The notes: generated by a model from the sequence alone, not told the origin. Positions 46,971 to 54,825 are shown, numbered from the stretch's first letter. The stretch is 64,000 nt of DNA from Flavobacterium sp. (GCA_044347145.1 JBIIXU010000009.1:3331-67330), one strand, 5' to 3'. Numbers and translations: made by a program.

Positions 46971-47863
46971 TCGTATCTGAACCAAGTGATATTTCTGCGA
47001 TAAGGGTTATAGATTGGTTGTTTCACTATAACTGTAATGTTATAAAGGTTAACACAGATGAAAAATTTGAATTAAACTTTAAAATTGACAACACAAAAAC
47101 ATCATCAAATATTGATAAATTTAAGATCTGGTATAGACGTGGCTACTTTTCATTTTTTGATTTAAAAAATAACTTTAATAAATATTTAAGTGAAGAAAGT
47201 AAAAATGTTAATTTCTTTATTGAAAAAAGTAATTTTCAAACTTTTGGATCATATTTTAAAGAATTTAGTAACAATAAAATTGAGAATTTATACTTTGCGA
47301 AACTTTCCGGACTTAAAATTCCAAAAACAATTTTGACATATTCCAAGAAGGAAGTTGTTGATTACTTTGGCGAAAACAAGTTGTTGATTACTAAATCAAT
47401 ATATAAACCATATAAAGATAGCAAAAATGGTAATTGGAGTTTTATTAAAAGCCCAATCGTATTTAACTCTTCAGATTTTATTGAAAATTTTGGTTTATCA
47501 CAAGTACAGGAATATATTAAAAAAAAATTTGAAATAAGAACATTCTTTTTCAAGGACTACCATTTTAGTATGGCTATTTTCTCTCAAAACAATAGTAATA
47601 CAAAGTTTGATTATAGAAATTATGATGAAATCTTTCCAAACAGACTAGTTCCTTATGAATTGCCTAAAAAGATTGTAGGAAAACTAAAAAAATTTATGAA
47701 ATTAACTAATCATGATACTGGTTCAATTGATATTATCTATAGCACCAATAATGAATATGTTTTTTTAGAAGTAAATCCGCAGGGTCAATATGACTGGTTA
47801 TCTGGCAATTGTAATTATTATATTGATAAGTATATTGCTGAAAGCCTTTTAAATAAAAACTAA
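46955..47863 (+). CDS. ATP-grasp peptide maturase (graspetide-type ligase)
   Basis: 302-aa ORF with an ATP-grasp C-terminal pattern: VQEYIKKKFEIRTFFF, DYRNY and GSIDIIYSTNNEYVFLEVNPQGQY (the E-x-N Mg/ATP site). Its size and context match RiPP ATP-grasp ligases. Confidence 0.75.
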   Translation: MDGTIIVSEPSDISAIRVIDWLFHYNCNVIKVNTDEKFELNFKIDNTKTSSNIDKFKIWYRRGYFSFFDLKNNFNKYLSEESKNVNFFIEKSNFQTFGSYFKEFSNNKIENLYFAKLSGLKIPKTILTYSKKEVVDYFGENKLLITKSIYKPYKDSKNGNWSFIKSPIVFNSSDFIENFGLSQVQEYIKKKFEIRTFFFKDYHFSMAIFSQNNSNTKFDYRNYDEIFPNRLVPYELPKKIVGKLKKFMKLTNHDTGSIDIIYSTNNEYVFLEVNPQGQYDWLSGNCNYYIDKYIAESLLNKN

Positions 47864-47864
47864 A

Positions 47865-48029
47865 ATGAAAGATTTAAGCAAATTACCAATTGAATTTAAA
47901 AATTTACGAAATATTGAAGAGCCAAAAGCGAATAATATTGCAAAAAACTATATTATGAAAGATTATAATTCAAAATTTAATAGTTATATAAAATTTTACA
48001 AAAATATTTCTAAAAGAATTAGTTTATAA
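47865..48029 (+). CDS. Unlisted 54-aa ORF between the ATP-grasp and SPASM genes
   Basis: Hand translation gives MKDLSKLPIEFKNLRNIEEPKANNIAKNYIMKDYNSKFNSYIKFYKNISKRISL. The ATG lies 1 nt after the ATP-grasp stop, and its TAA is immediately followed by the SPASM gene ATG. At 54 aa it is shorter than every ORF in the supplied track, which may explain its absence. Confidence 0.4.
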   Translation: MKDLSKLPIEFKNLRNIEEPKANNIAKNYIMKDYNSKFNSYIKFYKNISKRISL

Positions 48030-49124
48030 ATGGATAACTTGGAGTATTTCGTATTTTTTAGCACAGTAAAAATAACTAAAGGGCATAATCAGTCTATTAT
48101 AATTGATTTTCAAAGAAATTTTAGTATGACTATACCTAATGATTTGGCTGTTTTTGTTGAATCAATCAATAAAAAGAGTAAATCAATCATTGAAAAAAAG
48201 TATTTAAAATTAAAGGAGTCAAAAGATGAGTATATTAACTTTTTGATAGAAAATGAATTTGGATTTTTTACAAACAATCCTAAAAACTTCCCAGAATTAA
48301 ATAATATTTTTCAATTACCTGAAGTAGTTTCAAATGCAATTATAGAGTATAATAATCAAAATTACTCTATTAATGATGCACTTTATAAATTAAGCAACAT
48401 AAAATGCAAAAATATTGAACTATTTCTTAAAAATAACGTGAAATTAAATAACCTTTTTAATGTGTTAGATTATATTAATAAACAAGAGCTTAATTTTTGG
48501 AATATATCCATTTTTATTAATCACGAAGAAAATAAAGAAGAAGTTGATTATAGAAAACTTTTAGACAACAAACGTATAAGTTTTATGGTAGTTTATAATT
48601 TTAAATATGATAAGAAAATTTTGAATTCAGAATCAATATTATGTTTTACAACCCAAAACTTAAATAACAGAAATACATGTGGTATATTTAATGAAGATAT
48701 TTTTAGTATTAATATTCAGCATTACACCGAATCCCTCAACCACAACTCCTGCCTCCACAAAAAAATCTCCATAGACGTTGATGGCAACATCCGCAATTGC
48801 CCTTCCATGCCACAAAGTTTTGGCAACATCAAAGACACCACACTTGAAGAAGCGCTCAACCATCTAGATTTCAAAAAATACTGGAACGTAACCAAAGACA
48901 TGATTGCCGTTTGTAAAGATTGTGAGTTTAGACATATTTGCACCGATTGCCGTGCTTATACCGAACGCACCCATTTTGGGGAAGACATCGATTTATCCAA
49001 ACCCTTAAAGTGTGGTTATAACCCCTATACCAATGAATGGGTGGAGTGGAGCACCAATCCATTAAAAGAAAAAGCCATTGAATATTACGGCATGCAAGAT
49101 TTGGTGAAAAAAGATGGTCTATAA
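48030..49124 (+). CDS. SPASM-domain Fe-S peptide maturase lacking a canonical radical-SAM motif
   Basis: 364-aa ORF. Its C-terminus carries a complete seven-Cys SPASM pattern: C241-x10-G-x4-C258, then C296-x2-C299-x5-C305-x2-C308, then C328 (VCKDCEFRHICTDC). The N-terminal 240 aa contain only three scattered Cys and no CxxxCxxC. Confidence 0.8.
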   Translation: MDNLEYFVFFSTVKITKGHNQSIIIDFQRNFSMTIPNDLAVFVESINKKSKSIIEKKYLKLKESKDEYINFLIENEFGFFTNNPKNFPELNNIFQLPEVVSNAIIEYNNQNYSINDALYKLSNIKCKNIELFLKNNVKLNNLFNVLDYINKQELNFWNISIFINHEENKEEVDYRKLLDNKRISFMVVYNFKYDKKILNSESILCFTTQNLNNRNTCGIFNEDIFSINIQHYTESLNHNSCLHKKISIDVDGNIRNCPSMPQSFGNIKDTTLEEALNHLDFKKYWNVTKDMIAVCKDCEFRHICTDCRAYTERTHFGEDIDLSKPLKCGYNPYTNEWVEWSTNPLKEKAIEYYGMQDLVKKDGL

Positions 49125-49219
49125 ACCCATCTTGCAATAATGCTCTAAAACTTCTAAAATGGTTCTAAAAGAGATAAACCTAAACTATTATTTTTTCTAA
49201 AAAAATGATTACAAAATAG

Positions 49220-51496
49220 ATGGCGTTTAAACCCTTCCCCCACTTCAAGCAACCCGATGCCAAAGACTGTGGCCCCACTTGTTTGCGCATCATTGCCAAA
49301 CATTATGGCAAGTCGTTGTCATTGCAGCAAATCCGCAACTTGAGCGAAACCACCCGAGAAGGCAGTAGCCTCATGGGACTAAGCGAAGCCGCCGAGAGCA
49401 TGGGCTTCAAAACCTTGGGCGTAAAAATCAATTTGCAAATGCTGGTTGAAGATGCCCCATTGCCTTGCATCTTGCATTGGAATAAAAATCATTTTGTGGT
49501 TCTGGCCTCCCTCAATCCCTCCAAAGGAGGGAAGTTTAAGTTTTTCAAAAGATTTTTTAGCAGTAAAAATAACGTAGCCCAAAGCTCCCCCTTTGGGGGT
49601 TGGGGGGCTGTAGTTTCCGACCCCGCCTACGGCTTAATTGAATACACCCAACAAGAATTTCTACAAGCTTGGATTGGTGCCAATGCCACCGCAGAAACAG
49701 AAGAAGGTGTTGCCTTGCTACTCGAGCCCACACCAGCCTTTTACGAACAAGAAGATGACAAATCCGACCGCAAAAGTTTTCGGTTTTTGTTAAAATATGT
49801 TATGCCATACAAACGCCTCATGGGGCAATTGGCATTGGGTTTGCTCACCGCCAGTATGCTCTCATTGGTGTTTCCGTTCCTTACCCAGAGTTTGGTTGAT
49901 GTAGGCATACGCAATCAAAACCTCAATTTTATCTATTTGGTGTTGATAGCGCAGTTGTTTTTGTTTATGGGTCGCACCGCCATTGAGGTCATTCGCTCTT
50001 GGATATTGTTGCATTTGAGCACACGCATTAACATTTCATTGGTCAGCAATTTTTTCATAAAACTCATGAACTTGCCCATTGGTTTTTTTGATACCCGGAT
50101 GACAGGCGATATTTTGCAACGCATCAATGACCATAAACGCATTGAGGTTTTGTTGACGAATACATCTTTGAGCACCTTGTTCTCCATGGTTAACCTCATT
50201 ATTTTTAGTGGGGTTTTGGCATTTTATAATTTGACTTTATTTGTAGTTTTCATCGTTTTAAGTGCGGTTTATGTGGCATGGATTTTATTTTTCCTTAAAA
50301 AACGCAAAGAATTAGACTACAAGCGGTTTTCTCAAATGTCGCAAGAAAACAGCAAAGTCATTGAACTGATTAATGGCATGCAAGAAATAAAAATGCACAA
50401 TGCCGAAAAACAAAAACGTAGGGATTGGGAGTTTGTGCAGGTGAAGTTATTTAAAATCAGTATGCAAGGCTTATCTTTAGACCAATGGCAAAGCACAGGT
50501 TCAAATTTTGTCAATGAATTGAAAAACATTCTTATCACGTTTTTATCTGCCAGTTTGGTACTCAAAGGCGACATCTCTTTGGGCATGATGTTGTCTGTGC
50601 AATACATTATTGGTCAGTTAAATAGTCCACTCATGCAATTGGTTGGTTTTATTCAGCAAGTGCAAGATGCCAAAATAAGTTTGGAGCGTTTGGGTGAAAT
50701 TCATGACAAAGTAGAAGAAGAATATCCTGAACAACAATTGCTCAAAACCGTTGAACCACAAGATTTAATGGTTGATAATCTGTTCTTTAGATACACAGGC
50801 ATGATTGATGATTATGTGCTTGAAAACCTAAGTTTAACCATTCCTCAAAATAAAACAACAGCTATTGTTGGTTCAAGTGGCAGCGGTAAAACGACTTTAT
50901 TAAAACTTTTGCTTAAGTTTTATGACCCTAATCAAGGACAAATTACGCTTGGTAAAACCCCTTTGAGCAATATCAGTCCTAAAGTATGGCGGAGTCATTG
51001 TGGTGTGGTGATGCAAGATGGTTATATTTTTAATGATACCATTGCGCAAAACATTGCCGTTGGTGATGACAGCATTGACAAAGCAAAACTTCTTCAAGCC
51101 GTTGAGGTTGCCAACATCAAAGATTTTATTGAAGGTTTGCCATTGCGTTATAATACCAAAATAGGTAATGAAGGCATGGGTATAAGTGGTGGTCAAAAAC
51201 AGCGTTTACTCATTGCCCGTGCGGTTTATAAAAACCCAGATTATATCTTTTTTGATGAAGCCACCTCTTCTTTAGATGCTAATAATGAAAAGATAATCAT
51301 GGAAAATTTAGAAAATTTTTTCAAAAATAGAACAGCCATTGTGGTAGCCCATCGTTTGAGTACGGTGAAAAATGCAGATAAAATCATTGTTTTAGAAAAA
51401 GGTAAAATCATAGAAGAAGGCACGCATAAAGATTTGGTGAAACTTAAAGGGGCTTATTATACGTTGGTAAAAAATCAATTGGAGTTGGGGGAATAG
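49220..51496 (+). CDS. Peptidase C39 domain-containing ABC transporter (bacteriocin/RiPP leader-cleaving exporter)
   Basis: 758-aa ORF. It has an N-terminal C39 domain (QPDAKDCGPTCL catalytic Cys, NHFVV His, SDPAYG Asp), six TM segments, Walker A (GSSGSGKTT), the ABC signature (ISGGQKQR) and Walker B (IFFDEATS). Confidence 0.93.
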   Translation: MAFKPFPHFKQPDAKDCGPTCLRIIAKHYGKSLSLQQIRNLSETTREGSSLMGLSEAAESMGFKTLGVKINLQMLVEDAPLPCILHWNKNHFVVLASLNPSKGGKFKFFKRFFSSKNNVAQSSPFGGWGAVVSDPAYGLIEYTQQEFLQAWIGANATAETEEGVALLLEPTPAFYEQEDDKSDRKSFRFLLKYVMPYKRLMGQLALGLLTASMLSLVFPFLTQSLVDVGIRNQNLNFIYLVLIAQLFLFMGRTAIEVIRSWILLHLSTRINISLVSNFFIKLMNLPIGFFDTRMTGDILQRINDHKRIEVLLTNTSLSTLFSMVNLIIFSGVLAFYNLTLFVVFIVLSAVYVAWILFFLKKRKELDYKRFSQMSQENSKVIELINGMQEIKMHNAEKQKRRDWEFVQVKLFKISMQGLSLDQWQSTGSNFVNELKNILITFLSASLVLKGDISLGMMLSVQYIIGQLNSPLMQLVGFIQQVQDAKISLERLGEIHDKVEEEYPEQQLLKTVEPQDLMVDNLFFRYTGMIDDYVLENLSLTIPQNKTTAIVGSSGSGKTTLLKLLLKFYDPNQGQITLGKTPLSNISPKVWRSHCGVVMQDGYIFNDTIAQNIAVGDDSIDKAKLLQAVEVANIKDFIEGLPLRYNTKIGNEGMGISGGQKQRLLIARAVYKNPDYIFFDEATSSLDANNEKIIMENLENFFKNRTAIVVAHRLSTVKNADKIIVLEKGKIIEEGTHKDLVKLKGAYYTLVKNQLELGE
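49505..49609. repeat. 105-bp in-frame element with inverted GC-rich hairpin ends inside the C39 domain
   Basis: The left end is gcctccctcaatCCCTCCaaaGGAGGGa (49505-49532). The right end is tCCCCCtttGGGGGttggggggct (49586-49609), whose reverse complement aligns with the left end. The element spans exactly 35 codons (ASLNPSKGGKFKFFKRFFSSKNNVAQSSPFGGWGA), between the catalytic His and Asp. Confidence 0.55.
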
Positions 51497-51675
51497 TAGA
51501 ATAGTATATTGTATAATGTAAAATTGTATAGATGCATGGTGTAAAAATATAAATAAGATGAAATTTAGAAATTAATTACCTTTGTGTCGAATATTAAGAG
51601 ATGTGAACAAATAATATTTAAAAAAGTTATCATAAATTGTAACTTTATTCTTATATTTGTACCAAACTGTTTAGG

Positions 51676-51969
51676 GTGAAAATATTTTCAAGAGGTACAT
51701 TAAGAGATTTTTGGGAAAAACACGCTGATGCTAAAGAATCATTAATGTCTTGGTACAGAGAAATAAATAAATCGAACTGGCATTCAATTAATGAATTAAA
51801 ATTAATCTATCCAAATGCAAGTATTTTAAGAGATAATAGAATAGTTTTTAACATAAAAGGTAATCACTATCGATTAGTTGCCAAGATTAATTTTGATTAT
51901 CAACTTTGTTTGATAAGATTTGTGGGGACTCACAGTGAATATGATAAAATTAATGCAAACGATATTTAA
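51676..51969 (+). CDS. higB: Type II toxin HigB (mRNA interferase)
   Basis: 97-aa ORF with a GTG start. The sequence MKIFSRGTLRDFWEKHADAKESL...IRFVGTHSEYDKI fits the HigB-toxin family pattern, and the toxin-first gene order is typical of higBA. Confidence 0.82.
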   Translation: MKIFSRGTLRDFWEKHADAKESLMSWYREINKSNWHSINELKLIYPNASILRDNRIVFNIKGNHYRLVAKINFDYQLCLIRFVGTHSEYDKINANDI

Positions 51970-51972
51970 ACA

Positions 51973-52329
51973 ATGAAACTAAAACCTATTAACACAGAAA
52001 AAGATTATCAAAAAGCTATGGTGCGATTAGCTATTTTGTTTGATGCAAAAAAAGGTACAGCAGAAGGCGAAGAACTTGAAATATTAGCCATATTGATTGA
52101 TAAATACGAAACAGAAAAGTTTCCTATTAATCTCCCAGATCCTATTTCAGCTATTTCATTTAGAATGGAACAAATGGGCTTAAAACAAAAGGATTTAGAG
52201 CCAATGATTGGTTTTAAAAGTAGAGTAAGTGAAATCATGAATAAAAAACGAAAACTAACGCTAAGCATGATTAGAAATTTAAGCACAAATCTAAAAATAC
52301 CTGCAGAAGTTTTGGTACAGGATTATTAA
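51973..52329 (+). CDS. higA: Antitoxin HigA (XRE-type HTH)
   Basis: 118-aa ORF starting 3 nt after higB. It has a C-terminal HTH segment (LKQKDLEPMIGFKSRVSEIMNKKRKLTLSMIRNL). Confidence 0.82.
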   Translation: MKLKPINTEKDYQKAMVRLAILFDAKKGTAEGEELEILAILIDKYETEKFPINLPDPISAISFRMEQMGLKQKDLEPMIGFKSRVSEIMNKKRKLTLSMIRNLSTNLKIPAEVLVQDY

Positions 52330-52354
52330 TTTTACACTTCAAAAACACAAAACA

Positions 52355-52573
52355 ATGGAACTAACCATCACATTAGAAGAAAACAACGAACAAGCAAAAG
52401 CCTTGGTTAAATATTTAAAAAATTTATCTTTTGTTAAGATAAAAAAAGAAAAGAAAACCAACTACAACCCCGATTTTGTAAAAAAAATATTGGAAAGAGC
52501 AGATAATGCAGCAAAGGGAAATGTTACAACAATTGATCCAAATGACTTATGGGGAAGTTTGAACTTAAAATAG
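52355..52573 (+). CDS. Antitoxin of YoeB-like module, copy 1
   Basis: 72-aa ORF that overlaps the downstream toxin start by 25 nt. Its first ~143 nt are nearly identical to 52858-53000. Confidence 0.6.
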   Translation: MELTITLEENNEQAKALVKYLKNLSFVKIKKEKKTNYNPDFVKKILERADNAAKGNVTTIDPNDLWGSLNLK

Positions 52574-52824
52574 ATGATCAAGCTAAAGAAGATTTTGCAA
52601 AGATTAGAAAATCTGGCGACCAAGCAACGATTAAAAAACTTGAGAAAATTATTCTTGAATTGTCTGAACATCCCAAAACTGGCATTGGCAATCCCGAACC
52701 ATTAAAACACCATTTAACAGGGTTTTGGAGCAGAAGATTAAATAAAAAAGACCGTTTGATTTATCAAATATTTGAAGAAAAAGTAGTAGTAATAGTCATT
52801 TCAGCTTTAGGACATTATGAGTAA
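52549..52824 (+). CDS. yoeB: YoeB/Txe-family toxin, copy 1
   Basis: 91-aa ORF with GIGNPEPLKHHLTGFWSRRLNKKDRLIY, matching the YoeB signature (GKPEPLKHNLSGFWSRRI..HRLVY in E. coli YoeB as I recall it). Confidence 0.85.
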   Translation: MGKFELKIDDQAKEDFAKIRKSGDQATIKKLEKIILELSEHPKTGIGNPEPLKHHLTGFWSRRLNKKDRLIYQIFEEKVVVIVISALGHYE

Positions 52825-52857
52825 AAACAAATCAATTTCCAATTAAAAATTAAACCC

Positions 52858-53073
52858 ATGGAACTAACCATCACATTAGAAGAAAACAACGAACAGGCGA
52901 AAGCCTTGGTTAAATATTTAAAAAATTTATCTTTTGTTAAGATAAAAAAAGAAAAGAAAACCAACTACAACCCCGATTTTGTAAAAAAAATATTGGAAAG
53001 GTCTGAGAATGCTGCAAAAGGCAATTATATTGTTGTTGATGAAGCCTATAAAAAAGAACTTTTTGGTAAATGA
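52858..53073 (+). CDS. Antitoxin of YoeB-like module, copy 2
   Basis: 71-aa ORF. The N-terminal 47 aa are identical to copy 1 and the C-terminal third is divergent. It has an ATGA overlap with the toxin. Confidence 0.6.
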   Translation: MELTITLEENNEQAKALVKYLKNLSFVKIKKEKKTNYNPDFVKKILERSENAAKGNYIVVDEAYKKELFGK

Positions 53074-53342
53074 ATTACAAAGTTATAGTAGAACCAAAGG
53101 CAGATGAAGATTTTAAAAAAATTGTAAAGTCTGGTGATAAAGCAACAATAAAAAAGCTTGAAAATATTTTGGATGAGTTAGTCCTCAGCCCCAAAACTGG
53201 CATTGGCAATCCCGAACCATTAAAACACCATTTAACAGGGTTTTGGAGCAGAAGATTAAATAAAAAAGACCGTTTGATTTATCAAATATTTGAAGAAAAA
53301 GTAGTAGTAATAGTCATTTCAGCTTTAGGACATTATGAGTAA
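53070..53342 (+). CDS. yoeB: YoeB/Txe-family toxin, copy 2
   Basis: 90-aa ORF. The last 153 nt are 100% identical to 52672-52824. The N-terminal ~40 aa have diverged from copy 1. Confidence 0.85.
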   Translation: MNYKVIVEPKADEDFKKIVKSGDKATIKKLENILDELVLSPKTGIGNPEPLKHHLTGFWSRRLNKKDRLIYQIFEEKVVVIVISALGHYE

Positions 53343-53370
53343 ATGAATTTTTTAGACTAAAAAAAACACC

Positions 53371-54681
53371 ATGCCAAACAATAATCAACACCTCAACGAA
53401 TTAGAATTAAGAAGTGAAGCCGTTCAAGACATCATGAACAAACCGCCTGTGTGGTTAATCCGCTCAGGAAATAATGTGATTTTTTTAATAGTTATTGGGC
53501 TATTTGCATTGGCTTTTTTTATTAAATATCCCGATGTGGTTGTTACTGATGTAAAGATTACCACTACTATGCCACCACAAAAAGTTATAGCAAGATCTAC
53601 TGGCACGATACAACATTTATTCGTTGAAAATCAAACCTTAGTTATGCCAAACCAACCTTTAGCTATTTTAACAAATACGGCTGATTATAAAGAAGTATTT
53701 GCTTTAAAAAAAGAAATTGATAGTATCGAAAAAAATGGTTGGGATAATTTTAAAGGTTTTATGTTAAATCACGGTTTAACTAAACTGGGTGATATTCAAC
53801 CTGTTTATTTGGCTTTTCAAAAAGATGTTTTAGCCTATTCGCAACATCTAAATTTTCAACCTTTTTCTAACGAAAAAACTGCCAATCAAAAAGAAACAAA
53901 CTATCAAAATCAACGCTATCAAATTACGCAAAACCAACTTAATACGTCAATAGAAGAATTAAAATTAAAACAAACTGATTTAAATCGTTCAGAAATCTTG
54001 TTTAACAAAGGGGTAATTGCCAAAGTTGAATTAGAACAAAAGCAATTAGAATTTTTGTCTATGCAAAAGCAAGTTCAAAATATGAAACAAGCCCTTTCGC
54101 AATTACAATCTTCGAGCAATGATTTAAATAAGCAAGACACCAATTTGCGTTTACAAGAAAGAAAAGAAGAAACACAATTGTATAATAATATGCTTTTTGC
54201 CTTACAACAACTCAAAAAAGCCATAGCCGATTGGGAATTACAATATTTATTAAAGAGCGATATAACTGGCACTATAAATTTTATGCAAATTTGGTCATCA
54301 CATCAAGCGGTGGAAAGTGGCGATATAATTTTTAGCATAATACCTGTTATAAAAAATCACGTTTTAGGTTTAGCCAAAGCCACACCTCAAAACGTTGGTA
54401 AAATTAAAACAGGTCAAAAAGTTTGGGTAAAAATTGACAATTATCCCGAGCAAGAATTTGGTATGCTTCAAGCGTCTGTTAATAACATATCAAAAACACC
54501 AGATCACGAAGGCAATTGGCATTTGCAGCTCAATTTTCCAAAAGGATTAAATACAACTTATAACAAAAACATACAACTTCAACAAGAAATGTCTGGTAAA
54601 GCAGAGGTCATTACAGAAGATTTGCGATTGATAGATAGATTTTTTTATCCGTTTAAAAAAGTGGTTTCTCAAAGTTTGTAA
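53371..54681 (+). CDS. HlyD-family membrane fusion / secretion adaptor protein
   Basis: 436-aa ORF. It has an N-terminal TM segment (IFLIVIGLFALAFFI), a long coiled-coil middle and a C-terminal beta-barrel-like region, the typical partner architecture for C39 ABC exporters. Confidence 0.85.
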   Translation: MPNNNQHLNELELRSEAVQDIMNKPPVWLIRSGNNVIFLIVIGLFALAFFIKYPDVVVTDVKITTTMPPQKVIARSTGTIQHLFVENQTLVMPNQPLAILTNTADYKEVFALKKEIDSIEKNGWDNFKGFMLNHGLTKLGDIQPVYLAFQKDVLAYSQHLNFQPFSNEKTANQKETNYQNQRYQITQNQLNTSIEELKLKQTDLNRSEILFNKGVIAKVELEQKQLEFLSMQKQVQNMKQALSQLQSSSNDLNKQDTNLRLQERKEETQLYNNMLFALQQLKKAIADWELQYLLKSDITGTINFMQIWSSHQAVESGDIIFSIIPVIKNHVLGLAKATPQNVGKIKTGQKVWVKIDNYPEQEFGMLQASVNNISKTPDHEGNWHLQLNFPKGLNTTYNKNIQLQQEMSGKAEVITEDLRLIDRFFYPFKKVVSQSL

Positions 54682-54731
54682 CCAAAGTTGGTTTTGAAAA
54701 CCAAGCGCCTAGCCCAGATTGTAGTGACAGC

Positions 54732-54825
54732 CTTGTGTAGCAAAAAGTGAGTTTTTGACGACCAAACATAGCGACGGTAGGAGCTCATGGAGGGGCGAAT
54801 CAAAAACCACTATTTGCTACACAAG
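54732..54825. repeat. Long imperfect hairpin (26-27-nt arms, 41-nt loop) at the right edge of the RiPP island
   Basis: The left arm is cttgtgtagcaaaaagtgagtttttga (54732-54758). The right arm is tcaaaaaccactatttgctacacaag (54800-54825), complementary to the left arm apart from one mismatch and one 1-nt indel. It lies between the convergent hlyD-like and kinase genes. Confidence 0.6.

Noticed and set aside
48660-49137. Three overlapping minus-strand ORFs of 67-73 aa lie opposite the 3' part of the SPASM gene.
   Set aside because: They appear only where GC content jumps, which leaves fewer stop codons in antisense frames. The + strand frame carries an intact seven-Cys SPASM motif, so these are by-products and not genes.
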